This document shows, piece by piece, positions 1-9,770 of a stretch of DNA of 64,000 nt. Position 1 is the first letter of the stretch. Every line of letters begins with the position of its first letter. Both the position numbers and the translations under genes were made by a program. The stretch covers positions 768,001-832,000 of the forward strand of contig OZ242195.1 of the NCBI GenBank assembly GCA_965205975.1, read 5' to 3'. Source of the stretch: Candidatus Latescibacterota bacterium (GTDB taxonomy: Bacteria; Latescibacterota; UBA2968). Under the pieces are notes generated by a model that saw only the letters and a program-made list of their open reading frames with translations, did not search any database and was not told the DNA's origin.

Positions 1-355
1 GCCGCATCTCCGGGGGCATGGCCTGGGTCAGCCGGCGAATCGCCGACCGCAGGTGCTCGCCGAATGGTGTTCCCACCAACCCCATGCCCGCCTGCTCAGC
101 AAAGATCATCGCCGCGATTTCCATAATCGGAAAGTTTAGCGGCAGCTTGGTGTCCTTCTGTAGTTGGTAGTAGATGCGCTGATCGGCGCGCCGTGTTTCG
201 TGCAGTATAAATCCGGCCTCGCGCAGGTCACCCAAATCGCGCTGTATGGTGCGCCTATCTACGTTGTACTCGTCCGCCAGTTCGCGTACACTCATCCCGT
301 AACGCCGCGCCTGCAACTCCCGCAGGATGTCCAGTTGTCGCACAATCTGCTTCAT
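1..355 (-). CDS. HTH (DeoR/HTH_11-like) transcriptional regulator, probably YafY/WYL family; partial, runs off the window
   Basis: Not in the ORF track. Manual translation from ATG 355: MKQIVRQLDILRELQARRYGMSVRELADEYNVDRRTIQRDLGDLREAGF...LPLNFPIMEIAAM. The ELA-x4-V-xx-RTIxRDL motif is typical of YafY/PafC N-termini. The WYL domain itself would lie outside the window. Confidence 0.8.
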   Translation of the reverse strand, partial: MKQIVRQLDILRELQARRYGMSVRELADEYNVDRRTIQRDLGDLREAGFILHETRRADQRIYYQLQKDTKLPLNFPIMEIAAMIFAEQAGMGLVGTPFGEHLRSAIRRLTQAMPPEMR

Positions 356-368
356 TGAATCAACGCCC

Positions 369-602
369 CTATTCCGCCGCTCGTTTCACTAAGTAATCAA
401 ATAGCTTTACCCAAATCGTCTTAGGCATCCGCTCCGGGTGAAACTGCACGCCGATCAAGCGGCCATCCGCGCATTCATTGCGTTTTGTCCGGTCGAGGTC
501 ACACACCCCAACAAGGTCAAAATGATCAGAATCGAGATATGGCTTCACATAAATTTTGCCTCTGCCACCAAGGCCGAGTTGGGCAACACGGTGCTTTTTC
601 AT
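369..602 (-). pseudogene. In-frame chimera: Gfo/Idh/MocA oxidoreductase N-terminus fused to class I glutamine amidotransferase (peptidase C26-like) C-terminus
   Basis: The first ~46 aa (RVAQLGLGGRG...DLVGVCDLD) are a Rossmann start. The last ~31 aa (LIGVQFHPE...LFDYLVKRAAE) are a GATase-I end. Total length is only 77 aa. Confidence 0.75.
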
Positions 603-611
603 AAATTCTCT

Positions 612-1283
612 CTATGCTATCAGCCATGTAATTGCGTTGTCAATAAGCTTCGCAGTCATTGGATGCATAAGAATAGCCTGATCGTGCCCGGGCACCAGCA
701 TCATCACACGTCCACTTCCATACTCATGACACCAACCTTGCACATGCCGTCCATTGGTCACAGAATAGCTCTCAAGAAATACAGATGTTTGCGATTCATC
801 CAGGTCCATAATGTACTCTTCTTCTTGAACACAATAGGGTTCAACACCATCGGTCAGTTCGGGTAATACGCCCGTCGGACGGATTTCGACATCGATTCGC
901 TTTGGATGGTTGTGAAAACGAGACTTTGAGACGCGCTGAATACCGCCACCTTCGGAATAAAACGCAACGGCATCGTGGTGAAGAAATAGTCGGCCGCCAT
1001 TTTGTGCATATGCCTCAATGAGCGTTTCCTCATCTTCAGAAAGCCACTTGTGTTTATGCCCTTGCTGAAGAGTAAACTGCAACTCACGAGCATTTCGTAC
1101 ATCGTCGAATGCATATCGGCTAATGAGCACCATATCAAAAGATGAGAGATCGTCCCAGGGCACCGCGTTGTCAAATACAATTGTCGGATCATACCCTCGC
1201 ACCTGTAGTGGTCTCACAAGCGCAGTAACCAGATGCGCCGGACAGTGGTAAGCGTCTCCAAGAACTGCGAGTAATTTTTTCAT
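612..1283 (-). CDS. ThuA-like (trehalose utilization) domain protein
   Basis: LGDAYH start, GGRLFLHH, NHP, EEEY and GW-x4-GSGRV-x4-PGH motifs; AGGAG RBS. Confidence 0.8.
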   Translation of the reverse strand: MKKLLAVLGDAYHCPAHLVTALVRPLQVRGYDPTIVFDNAVPWDDLSSFDMVLISRYAFDDVRNARELQFTLQQGHKHKWLSEDEETLIEAYAQNGGRLFLHHDAVAFYSEGGGIQRVSKSRFHNHPKRIDVEIRPTGVLPELTDGVEPYCVQEEEYIMDLDESQTSVFLESYSVTNGRHVQGWCHEYGSGRVMMLVPGHDQAILMHPMTAKLIDNAITWLIA

Positions 1284-1330
1284 AACCTGCTCCTTTTGGC
1301 GGTCAGGACGGCAACCGCATAACTAAAGCC

Positions 1331-2491
1331 CTACTCATAGACCATCTCCCCGGTCTTGTGGTTTTCGATCCAGTCCCGGTCGAACTCCACCCCCAGTCCC
1401 GGCCCCTCCGGCACTTCGACACAGCCGTTCTCATCGACCGAATCCAACTCGTCGAGCCAGCGTCTTTCTGGATAGACCGCCGGCTTGGTATCGGGCACCA
1501 GGGGATGCACCAGGCCCAATTCGTAGTAATTGGCGTTGCGCAGGGTCGCCATGATATGCCGGTGCGCCAGATTGCCACCATGCAACTCCACGTCCAGCCC
1601 GTGTGCCTCGGCCATAGCAGCGATCTTCATTACCCCGGTGATGCCGCCGTCGGTCTGGGCGTTGGCGCGTACGAAGTCGGTGGCGCCGGCAGTAATCGTA
1701 TCGGCCTTGGCTTCAAGCCCACGCACGTGTTCGCCCATCAGCATCGGCGTATTGATCAGTTCGCGCAGCTTGGCGTGGGCAAAGCGCGAAAAGCCGCCGC
1801 CCCTAAACGGGTCTTCATACCACATATAACGCGCCTCGTCGCAGGCGCGCCCCACCTTGAGCACGTCCTCGAATGTGGGAAAACACCCGGCCGGATCGAG
1901 CAACAGATCCATATCGTCGCCCACCGCTTCGCGGATGGCTAATACCGCCGCTACCTCGCGATCGATCGGCCCGTTGACCCAGCCGTGGATCTTAAACGCT
2001 GGATAGCCGTATTGCTCCTTGCAGCGCAACGCGAATTGCGCAAAGTCGTCCGGCGTCGTCAAACCGCCGTTTTCATCGCCGTGGTAGGTCGAGGCGTAGG
2101 CCGGTAGCTTCTTGCGCCAGCCCCCGCCCAACAGTTCGTAGATCGGCGCGTCGTAGAGCTTGCCAGCGAAATCCCACAGCGCGATATCTACCGCGCCCGG
2201 CGGCGTGCCGTCCTGCCCGCGGCGCGAGCGCTTGAGGTCGTGCCAGATGATCTCGCGGTCCAGCGGGTTGCGGCCGAGCAAGTACTGCGCCGGGCGGGAA
2301 TCGATGCCACCGGACGCAATGCCGCTGATGCCGACGCTGGTCTCTATGGTCAGCAAGCCGCCCCCCAGAGTCAGGCGGCCGCCCTTGCGATAGACCGTGT
2401 CGAAGCCCAATTGCTCCTCCAACTCCATATCGGCGATCTCGTAGGCGAAACTCGTCGAGGTAATGCGGGTGATCTCAATATCTCGCGCCAT
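1331..2491 (-). CDS. Mandelate racemase/muconate lactonizing enzyme (enolase superfamily)
   Basis: VDIALWDFAGK, PAYAST, FKIHG, LLLD, WYEDP, GE and PEGPGLGVEFD motifs; AAGGAG RBS. Confidence 0.9.
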   Translation of the reverse strand: MARDIEITRITSTSFAYEIADMELEEQLGFDTVYRKGGRLTLGGGLLTIETSVGISGIASGGIDSRPAQYLLGRNPLDREIIWHDLKRSRRGQDGTPPGAVDIALWDFAGKLYDAPIYELLGGGWRKKLPAYASTYHGDENGGLTTPDDFAQFALRCKEQYGYPAFKIHGWVNGPIDREVAAVLAIREAVGDDMDLLLDPAGCFPTFEDVLKVGRACDEARYMWYEDPFRGGGFSRFAHAKLRELINTPMLMGEHVRGLEAKADTITAGATDFVRANAQTDGGITGVMKIAAMAEAHGLDVELHGGNLAHRHIMATLRNANYYELGLVHPLVPDTKPAVYPERRWLDELDSVDENGCVEVPEGPGLGVEFDRDWIENHKTGEMVYE

Positions 2492-2543
2492 GGTGCTCTC
2501 TCCTTCGCTGTGTGTTTGGTTTTAACTTCTGCTCCACGGCTAC

Positions 2544-3428
2544 TCATCTCACGATCTGAGGTGACGCATAAAGATCGGGCCTGGCCTCGTTCGCTGTGAA
2601 GCAACCGGATGATCGCGCTTTCTCTATTAAATCTCTCGAGACCTCGGTCACGATCATGCCTTCCACTGGCGCGTGTTCGTCGATGAACTGGCCGTTCGGA
2701 TCGATCGCGAAGGCGAGCCCTGGAAACCAGGCGTTGCCGCTTTTTCCCGCCTGGTTGGCGTAGAAAATGTAGAGCGCATTGTCCACTGCCCTTGCTGGCA
2801 AGACCTGGGCGGCAAGCTGTCGATGTTCGGCTGCCTGTTCGGTCTGATCGCCGTCAGGGGTGACGTTGTCAGCGCGGCCGCTTGCACCTACGGCGAGGAG
2901 GAAAAAGTCCGCGCCCTCCTGTGCGGCGGTTCGGAAGATCTCCGGAAACCTCAGGTCGTAGCAGATCCCCACGCCGAAGGTCCAGCCTTGCGATGTCACG
3001 ATAGGGAGTTGGCTCCCCGGTTCGAACCAGGCCCGCTCGGTTTCATTCGGGATGTGCAGTTTGGTGAAGGTCGCGAGGTAACCGCTGGGCCCTACGATGT
3101 AGGCGCTGTTGCGATAGCGTTCGCCCGCTGGCTCGATGGTACCGACGACAAGGGTCATGTCGAGTTCGCTGCAGAGCGATTCGAGGAACGGAATTGATTT
3201 CTCGGCCGCTGCTTCTGCGATCCGCAGGGACTCCTCGGGAGGAATGTCCGATTTGTTCATCGAGCCCGTGATGCACTCTTCGGGAAAGAGCGCAAACGCG
3301 GCACCTTGCCTGTGAGCCTCTCTCGACCACTCGGCAATCCGGTCGAGGTTGGTCGTGGGGTCGCCCATCGCGCTGTGCATGGCGACCGATGCGATACGTG
3401 TTTTTGTGTTGTTCATGGGATCTGCCAT
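2544..3428 (-). CDS. Carbon-nitrogen hydrolase (nitrilase family)
   Basis: Catalytic E-K-C motifs LFPEE, FTKLH and GICYDLRFPE. Confidence 0.9.
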   Translation of the reverse strand: MADPMNNTKTRIASVAMHSAMGDPTTNLDRIAEWSREAHRQGAAFALFPEECITGSMNKSDIPPEESLRIAEAAAEKSIPFLESLCSELDMTLVVGTIEPAGERYRNSAYIVGPSGYLATFTKLHIPNETERAWFEPGSQLPIVTSQGWTFGVGICYDLRFPEIFRTAAQEGADFFLLAVGASGRADNVTPDGDQTEQAAEHRQLAAQVLPARAVDNALYIFYANQAGKSGNAWFPGLAFAIDPNGQFIDEHAPVEGMIVTEVSRDLIEKARSSGCFTANEARPDLYASPQIVR

Positions 3429-3466
3429 TCGACCCTTTCTCCGATGCGTGGTTATTCATGTGTACT

Positions 3467-4432
3467 TCATACAGCCGAACGGACCGAATAAACCGCTTCG
3501 AGCGAACCGACGTTCGGACGGCGGTTCTCATCGTTCTGCCGGATGTTGCGGGCGAAGAAATCGTCGAACAGTTCCAACTCAAATTCTCTCGCAATGTCTA
3601 TGGCCGAGCGCTTATCCGAATTGCTGTGGATCAAGGCGGTCCCGATATAGCTCGGTATGTCGATTGTGACCTCATCCTGGTATTTCTTCTCGATCAGCGG
3701 AAACTTGCTGGAGTTTCCGCTGCGTTTGACCAGCACGCGGTCCAGGTTGATTGTTGCGCACATCGTGCGTGAATAGTTGGTGTTTAGTTTCACGGGCTGG
3801 CCGAGGGGATTGATCACCCCGCCTCCGTAGAACCGAAGCGCGGTCAGATAGTAGCACTGGCATTCGTACGCCCATTGCTGCTGAAGGAATCCGCCGTGAT
3901 AGGCACTGGGAAATGTGAGGATGTCCGGTTTCAGGTCCCGGTAATCGAACCGAAGTTGTTCGAATTTCTGGTCGAAACAAACCACCCCTCCAAGGCGACC
4001 GATCGCGGTGTCGAAAACTTTGGGGCCGTCACCCGAGCGCAGCCCTTGTTTTCGTTCGTTATCCGTCAGGAACGTCTTGTGATAGGCACCGATCACTGAG
4101 CCATCAGGGCCGATATACACAATAGAATTGAACACATCGTCGCCTTCGCGGAGCTTGATGGATCCGGCCACATGGCATGACTCGGTCCTGGCGAAATCCC
4201 GGTACATTGACAAAAACGGACCCGGCTGTTCCACGGTCTCGGCCGTTTCCAGGGTCTGGCCGTATCCTTCGACCAGCTCACAGGTCAACACGAGGTCCAG
4301 GTTGTATCCTTTCAATGAATTGAGGTCGTTTCGGGTCATGCGCAGTACTTTTTCCATGCTCTCGGGTTCACCCCGCTGCAAATCGGCAAATGCACTGAAC
4401 TGAATCGACCCCACTCTTACGAATCGTGCCAT
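3467..4432 (-). CDS. Carbon-nitrogen hydrolase (nitrilase family)
   Basis: LTCE, YHKT and GGVVCFD motifs; GGAG RBS. Confidence 0.85.
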   Translation of the reverse strand: MARFVRVGSIQFSAFADLQRGEPESMEKVLRMTRNDLNSLKGYNLDLVLTCELVEGYGQTLETAETVEQPGPFLSMYRDFARTESCHVAGSIKLREGDDVFNSIVYIGPDGSVIGAYHKTFLTDNERKQGLRSGDGPKVFDTAIGRLGGVVCFDQKFEQLRFDYRDLKPDILTFPSAYHGGFLQQQWAYECQCYYLTALRFYGGGVINPLGQPVKLNTNYSRTMCATINLDRVLVKRSGNSSKFPLIEKKYQDEVTIDIPSYIGTALIHSNSDKRSAIDIAREFELELFDDFFARNIRQNDENRRPNVGSLEAVYSVRSAV

Positions 4433-4473
4433 ATATCTCTCCTTTCACAATGCTAATCGTGCTGGACCGTCCA

Positions 4474-4893
4474 TTAGAGCGCGGCGTTGCCCGCCTCCGT
4501 CCGCAAGCTGTGTCGGCCCTCTATATGCGCGTGCCAGTCCATGCCGATCTCCGGTCGTGATCGGGTCGGTCTGGGCAGCGCATGCCGCAGCGGACACACC
4601 TCGTCCATTACCTTGCGAACGAAGCTCCAGGAGATGCCGCCGACCTGGTCGCCATTTTCGCACATCCGCGTGATATGGGGCAACTCGGACCAGTAGTCCA
4701 CCACCGAACGCCCCAGATTCCAAACCAGATGGTCGCAGCCCGCTTGCAGGTGCAGGTCGATGCACTCGTCCAGTGCTTTGGGGCCCGGGCACGGCTTGTC
4801 GTAGTTGGCGTAGTAGCACATCCACTCCGAAATGCCGAACACCGGTTTTTCGTTGCCGCTTGCCGCGCGCAATTCGAGTTGCTCTCGCGCCAT
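4474..4893 (-). pseudogene. Truncated N-terminus of a putative TIM-barrel glycoside-hydrolase-like protein, followed by unrelated sequence
   Basis: Strong RBS (AGGAGG). The protein-like N-terminus (AGCDHLVWNLGRSVVDYWS...VCPLRHAL) is followed by a low-quality tail. At 139 aa it is too short for a complete barrel. Confidence 0.5.
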
Positions 4894-4932
4894 TTGATAT
4901 GACCTCCTGATCGGGTGTATTTATCGAAAGCA

Positions 4933-5868
4933 TTAAGCGGACCATCGCGCGGTGCCGATGGCGTAATACTTGTGTACAAAAGGTGGTTTGGTGCGCGAAG
5001 CGTACCACAGGCGCAGGGAGCCGTCGGTTAGGCGCAAGAGCGAATGGCTGGTGGTAAAGTGCGATTCCCAGGACCGCGAAGGGTCGGGGCCGAAGATCGG
5101 ATTGCGAGGGCTTTTCGTCCAGTTGAAGCCGTCTTCGCTGATGGCAAATCCGATGGAGGTTTTCATGACCTCGGGCGGATAGCTGCTATAGCTGCCGTAC
5201 CACATCAGATAATAACCGTCTTCTTTGAGAACGGTTGGATAGACCAGGCGCTGGAACTCCCATTCCTGATCCAATTCCAGCACTGGCTGGGGATGGACTT
5301 GCCACTCAAAGCCGTCGTCGCTGGTGGCAGCGCGTATGGTCCAGGGGTCGGCGGTCACATCGGTGTACCACAGGCGGTAGTGGTCGTCTTCCCAAAACAG
5401 GGTGGGGGCGTAGGCGTTTTCTAATAGGGGAGGGGAGGGCGTCTCCCAGCGGAGTCCGTCGTCGCTGGTCATGGCGTGCAGGGTGTGGCGTGTGTCGCCA
5501 GAAGGAAAATCGGTCGAGGAAAAAAACATACGCAGCTTGCCCGCCTCGCGTCTCAGGGAGCCGTCCGGGTGGCGTACCAGGGTGGGGGTGAGGATGGAGT
5601 GGTCGGTCTCCAGGGTGCAAACCGGGGAGGCGGGGTGTCGTGTAAAATGCAGGCCGTCGTCGCTGGTGGCCAGCCCCAGAGCAAAAACCCGCAGATCTAC
5701 TTCGCCGCGCGAGCCGCTGTACCACATGTAATAGCGCCCGTCTTCCAAAGCGACACAGGGAGCAAAAATGTGGGTGTCGTCAAATTGACCGGCTGCGCCC
5801 AGGGACAGACAAGGTGCATCAATGTCTCGCTCCCAGGGTTGTGGATCCAGCCATTGGTTTTTGTCCAT
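4933..5868 (-). CDS. Five-bladed beta-propeller glycosidase-like protein (GH43/32/130 clan-like)
   Basis: Repeated P-x-V/L...Y-x-MWYSG...G-x-A-x-SDDG-xx-W/F blades. Confidence 0.75.
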   Translation of the reverse strand: MDKNQWLDPQPWERDIDAPCLSLGAAGQFDDTHIFAPCVALEDGRYYMWYSGSRGEVDLRVFALGLATSDDGLHFTRHPASPVCTLETDHSILTPTLVRHPDGSLRREAGKLRMFFSSTDFPSGDTRHTLHAMTSDDGLRWETPSPPLLENAYAPTLFWEDDHYRLWYTDVTADPWTIRAATSDDGFEWQVHPQPVLELDQEWEFQRLVYPTVLKEDGYYLMWYGSYSSYPPEVMKTSIGFAISEDGFNWTKSPRNPIFGPDPSRSWESHFTTSHSLLRLTDGSLRLWYASRTKPPFVHKYYAIGTARWSA

Positions 5869-5885
5869 GATCTATTTTCCTCATT

Positions 5886-7310
5886 TTACCTCGCCGTATA
5901 ATCCCCCTCCAAAATACAGGGGAGACCATCGCGGGCCATCAGTGCAATCCGCGCCAATCCATGCTGTAAAAAACTCGGTCCCATCTGCGACTCGTACCAA
6001 TCAATTCCCGACGCACCTCTCGGCAGATCGCCGTCCATATAAATGGCCACAAGCTTCTCGGCAAGGGCCAGGCCCCCGTCCAGCCACCTGGTTTCTCCCG
6101 TCAGATCATATAAATCTGCCAATAACTCCAATCCTAATCCGGCATCCATCGCCGGTACGGCAATGTCATCCGGGAAATCGGTTTCCAAATAGCTCTTTCC
6201 AACTGCGAGGGTCCACTCTAAAAGCCCTTGATAGGGCCGAATGCGATGGCCACACAGGGCAAATAGTGCGGCATAACAGGCGGGCCAGTTTCCATATACG
6301 CTGCCCCAAACCGGCATCGTCCCTTTCGCCTCGTTGGAACCCCGGTGAAAGGAATTCACATAGATACCCCGTTCCAGATCGTGGGGAGCTTTTAAAAATC
6401 CGTCGATATAAACGGCCGCCCGTTCTCTCATGCGGGTGGCCAGATCTGGTAACGCACCTGCAATCAACTCGGCGGATTCAAGCAGGCTCACCCCCAGGGA
6501 GAGCGTCTGTCCAGGCGCATTGATTTGATAAAAATCCACATCGTCCTCGGGCGACCGGCTCTCCGTCTGTAGCAGGCCCAGGTCGTCTCGCTTCTCCCAC
6601 CAGTAGTCCAGCATGGTTTCGATCTGTTGTACAAAATCCGTCCGACCCGTCTTCAAGTGGGCAAACGCCCAATCGAAAATGTAAAATCCCCCATGCCTCG
6701 GGAAATCGCAGGACCGCGTCCCCCGGGCATAGGGTCGTTTCTCATCGATATATGCATGCCGAATGTATTCCAGTGGCTCTCCTTCGGTCCAATGTCCGTT
6801 GATTCCCTCGGCAAAGCGCTCGACGCATGGCGGATTGAAGGCATACAGTTTTTCCCACAGCCAGAGCGGTGCCTGTCGCAGGTGATCGTGTGTCGTCTTG
6901 CTGGGCATTGCTCCCTCCCGCAACTGATAGCTGTCTGCCACCCGATCTTCCAATAGGTGCCAGTACGCGTGTTCTCCCCAGGGAAAAATACCCGTTATTG
7001 TATTCGTACAGTGGGTTGCAAACCGCTGCAAATACCGGTCTGCCGCCTGTGCATAATCCGGGCGGTCCAGCGCCTCGGCAAGCGCGTACATTGTCTTTAG
7101 CGCCGCCTGATCGTGGATCAGATTGCTGCCCAAGTGTGACCGATCGCCGTCCCGCTGTCCCGCAATCCCCGGCGGCATTTTCGTCATCATCTGATGGGTC
7201 GATCGATCAATAATCGAGGGGAATAACCCCTCATAGATCGCTCCCAATGCGACCAGAATATCCAGCGAACGGCACACTTTCTCAAGCATGGTTTCGGGGT
7301 TCATCAGCAT
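5886..7310 (-). CDS. Hypothetical (alpha/alpha)-toroid protein with weak PL2 pectate-lyase-like motifs
   Basis: 474-aa ORF with GGAGG RBS. SNLIHDQ and TGIFPWGEH recall PL2-type SNL...GLLxWGGH; LYDLTGETRWL is a typical toroid helix motif. Confidence 0.5.
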   Translation of the reverse strand: MLMNPETMLEKVCRSLDILVALGAIYEGLFPSIIDRSTHQMMTKMPPGIAGQRDGDRSHLGSNLIHDQAALKTMYALAEALDRPDYAQAADRYLQRFATHCTNTITGIFPWGEHAYWHLLEDRVADSYQLREGAMPSKTTHDHLRQAPLWLWEKLYAFNPPCVERFAEGINGHWTEGEPLEYIRHAYIDEKRPYARGTRSCDFPRHGGFYIFDWAFAHLKTGRTDFVQQIETMLDYWWEKRDDLGLLQTESRSPEDDVDFYQINAPGQTLSLGVSLLESAELIAGALPDLATRMRERAAVYIDGFLKAPHDLERGIYVNSFHRGSNEAKGTMPVWGSVYGNWPACYAALFALCGHRIRPYQGLLEWTLAVGKSYLETDFPDDIAVPAMDAGLGLELLADLYDLTGETRWLDGGLALAEKLVAIYMDGDLPRGASGIDWYESQMGPSFLQHGLARIALMARDGLPCILEGDYTAR

Positions 7311-7330
7311 CCTCCGATCTAAAGAAAAGA

Positions 7331-7361
7331 ATTATATATAGCCTTTTAGGGGTCAGGTCAA
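7331..7361 (-). promoter_or_regulatory. Putative sigma70 promoter
   Basis: Minus strand TTGACC-N17-TATATA (or N19-TATAAT), about 20 bp upstream of ATG 7310. Confidence 0.5.
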
Positions 7362-7416
7362 GTGGTGTAAGGCGTGGATTGAAAGGCAGAGAGGCAATAA
7401 TTTTCCACTGCTATGC

Positions 7417-8781
7417 TCAGGTTACCGATTCAATAAACCACTTTTCCCGAGACAGTTGGTAAATTAGCTGGGCAAAAAGGGAATTTGCGGTTCCGAAGCC
7501 ACGGGTGGGAGAGTTGTGGGGAATCCTGTTTGAGGAATCGTTTGGATCGACACACTCAAGCATATACTCAGTGTTGTCATCTGTTGCTTCGAGATAATCA
7601 ACAACAGTGAGGATTTCGTCATGGTCTGAAGTCGTGAGGGCTTGCATGACCAACCCCATTGGCCAGAGCCAGCCTATCTTTCCAAAATGCATTCCCCCCA
7701 GCCCTTTACCGAGAGATCCTTCGGCATAATAAGGGTTATCATGGCTCAAAATGAAGTTCCGTGTATTGCAGTAAACCGGATCGTTCTTATCGCAGAAACC
7801 GAAATAGGGCATAGAGAGCAGATTGGGGATATAACCTTCATCTGCAAGCTCGTAATGTCCAAAACCGTCTGTCTCATAACAATAGATTTTGCCATGACGC
7901 GGATGCTCAACAGTAGCATAGAGCGCAATCCCATCATCGATTTCTGTTTTGAGGTTTACCGCATAATCGGCCAGGCTTTCGTCACTGTAAATTGAGGTGG
8001 CAATTTCAACGATGTGGCTGAGCGTGACAGAGGCAAACATGTTGGATGGAATATAGTAACCGTATTTGCAGGTGTCATCACTCGGTCTGAAACCAGACCA
8101 GCTCATACCGGTATAGGTAACAGGCATACCCAAGCCGTCATTGGGCAATGACTCAATCTTATTGGGGCATTGGTAACGGTAAACTGAACGTTCGGTGTGA
8201 CGCTGTTCGAGCTTCCACTGTTCAACCAGCCGTCGGATTATTGCGTGAAACCAGAAGTCAAAAACATTGATCCGGCCAGTGGCTTGCCAATATTTAGCTG
8301 CCAGCCAGATGGGATAGCAGACGGCATCCAGTTCATACTTGCGCCGCCAGATCCAGGGATTCTCAAATGCGATTTCCCCCTCTCGTCGGACTTCCGGATT
8401 GGGTTCACGTTTAAAACTGTGAGCGTATGAATCGAGCAGCATGCACCTGACCTGTCGGCGAATTAAACCCGCAATCATACGGGCAAGGTTTTCATCTTTA
8501 GCTGCAAAAGGGAGGTACGGGATAACCCCGATAGCCATGTCCCGATGGTGGTTGATCGGCACCTGACCGATAAACGTTGTACCATCTTCAAGCAGTGTTG
8601 CTCTGCCTGCGGTAAACATCAGGCAATTGCTGTACATCTGCGCAAGTTTCGGTCGTTTGGCAAACAACTGTAAGACCCGTTCTGTTTCTTGGGTCAGGAC
8701 GGTCGGCTGAGGAAAATTTGCTGTCCACTGAGGACCAGGGGGATCATGCCACAGATTTGCCATTGGTGATTTTTTTCCCAT
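7417..8781 (-). CDS. Glycoside hydrolase family 125-like (metal-independent alpha-mannosidase), divergent
   Basis: RKYELD, GMSWSGFRPSDD, YYIPSNMFA, YETDGFG, LLSMPY, WPM and ANSLF motifs. Start likely ATG 8781 or 8763, not 9051. Confidence 0.85.
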   Translation of the reverse strand: MGKKSPMANLWHDPPGPQWTANFPQPTVLTQETERVLQLFAKRPKLAQMYSNCLMFTAGRATLLEDGTTFIGQVPINHHRDMAIGVIPYLPFAAKDENLARMIAGLIRRQVRCMLLDSYAHSFKREPNPEVRREGEIAFENPWIWRRKYELDAVCYPIWLAAKYWQATGRINVFDFWFHAIIRRLVEQWKLEQRHTERSVYRYQCPNKIESLPNDGLGMPVTYTGMSWSGFRPSDDTCKYGYYIPSNMFASVTLSHIVEIATSIYSDESLADYAVNLKTEIDDGIALYATVEHPRHGKIYCYETDGFGHYELADEGYIPNLLSMPYFGFCDKNDPVYCNTRNFILSHDNPYYAEGSLGKGLGGMHFGKIGWLWPMGLVMQALTTSDHDEILTVVDYLEATDDNTEYMLECVDPNDSSNRIPHNSPTRGFGTANSLFAQLIYQLSREKWFIESVT

Positions 8782-8782
8782 A

Positions 8783-9742
8783 TCAGATCCTTGTACGGCG
8801 ACTTTCGTCTGACCAGGATAGGTGGATTTGGTCGGCAACGGAATCGCCGGTTTGAATGAGATCGAGAATCCAGTCATCGCAGTCATTGGGTGTGTGAAGC
8901 TGGTCTTTTGATGTGACGAGGCCGATTTCTTTGCGCTCGGTTGGGTGTTGTGGATTGATCCATTCGGCGCGATAGGTTCCTTCGCAGGTGATGTTGAAAG
9001 AGGTCTGCGTATGGAAATAGACCACGATGCGTTGGGCTTCGGCATCGGCAAGGCAATAGCCGTTGGTCACGAGATCCCGATTGGGGCTGAGAATGTAGAA
9101 CGGGAAGGTTTCAAACGCGTCCCAAACACGGTGAATGATGTCGTGAATGGGTTGCTTTTTGAGTGCGAGGTCTGGGCGTCCACTAAAACCCGAAGATGAG
9201 AGCCCGTCCATGTCGGCAAAGTTAATGGTTGCCCCAGAGAAAAGCATGGTAAACGCATTTTTGCGAATGTCGTCAGGCGTATAATCATGCCCGATGCGAT
9301 TGCCGTGCAATTCGTTGCCCGGCCAAAGCGTTTCTTGTGCATAGAGTGGTTTGGCGGGATAGCTGTTGCGAATGTGATCTTTGTAGAGCTTTTCTCTGTC
9401 AACCGTTTTGGGGCCTTGCAGAATGACGTAAGAGACCCAATCTTCTTGTCGAAAATAATCATCGCCTGTGGGGTTGTGTACCGATACCAGATGATCGAAT
9501 GGGTCGTTATCGCGAATGAACCGACCGATGCGGTTCACATCTTCGGGTGTGAGGTAACGACCGTTTTTCATGTGGGGTTCTGGGCCGCCTACCATGAACA
9601 GCACATTCCAGTAGGGTGCCAGGCGTGCGATTGTGTAGCGGATATAAGCTTCTTGTCTGGCGGGGTCTTTGGGGTGGTTAGACTCTCGGCCTAAAAAGCC
9701 AGCGAATGGATATTCGAACATGTCCCATTGGCCGACTTGCAT
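8783..9742 (-). pseudogene. DUF5060/DUF4038 (apiosidase-like) multidomain protein, internally deleted and 3'-truncated
   Basis: VGQWDMFE (DUF5060-like start) is joined directly to a mid-domain segment YPFAGFLGR...YIRYTIARLAPYWNV. It then has a collagen-binding-like WINP...DDWIL segment and ends just after ADQIHLSW, a purple-acid-phosphatase FN3-like start. Confidence 0.55.
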
Positions 9743-9770
9743 GACTCATTCCTTTGTTCTTCCTGTTTTT

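Noticed and set aside
8782..9051. N-terminal extension of GH125 given in the ORF track
   Set aside because: Overlaps the upstream ORF in another frame and is not protein-like.
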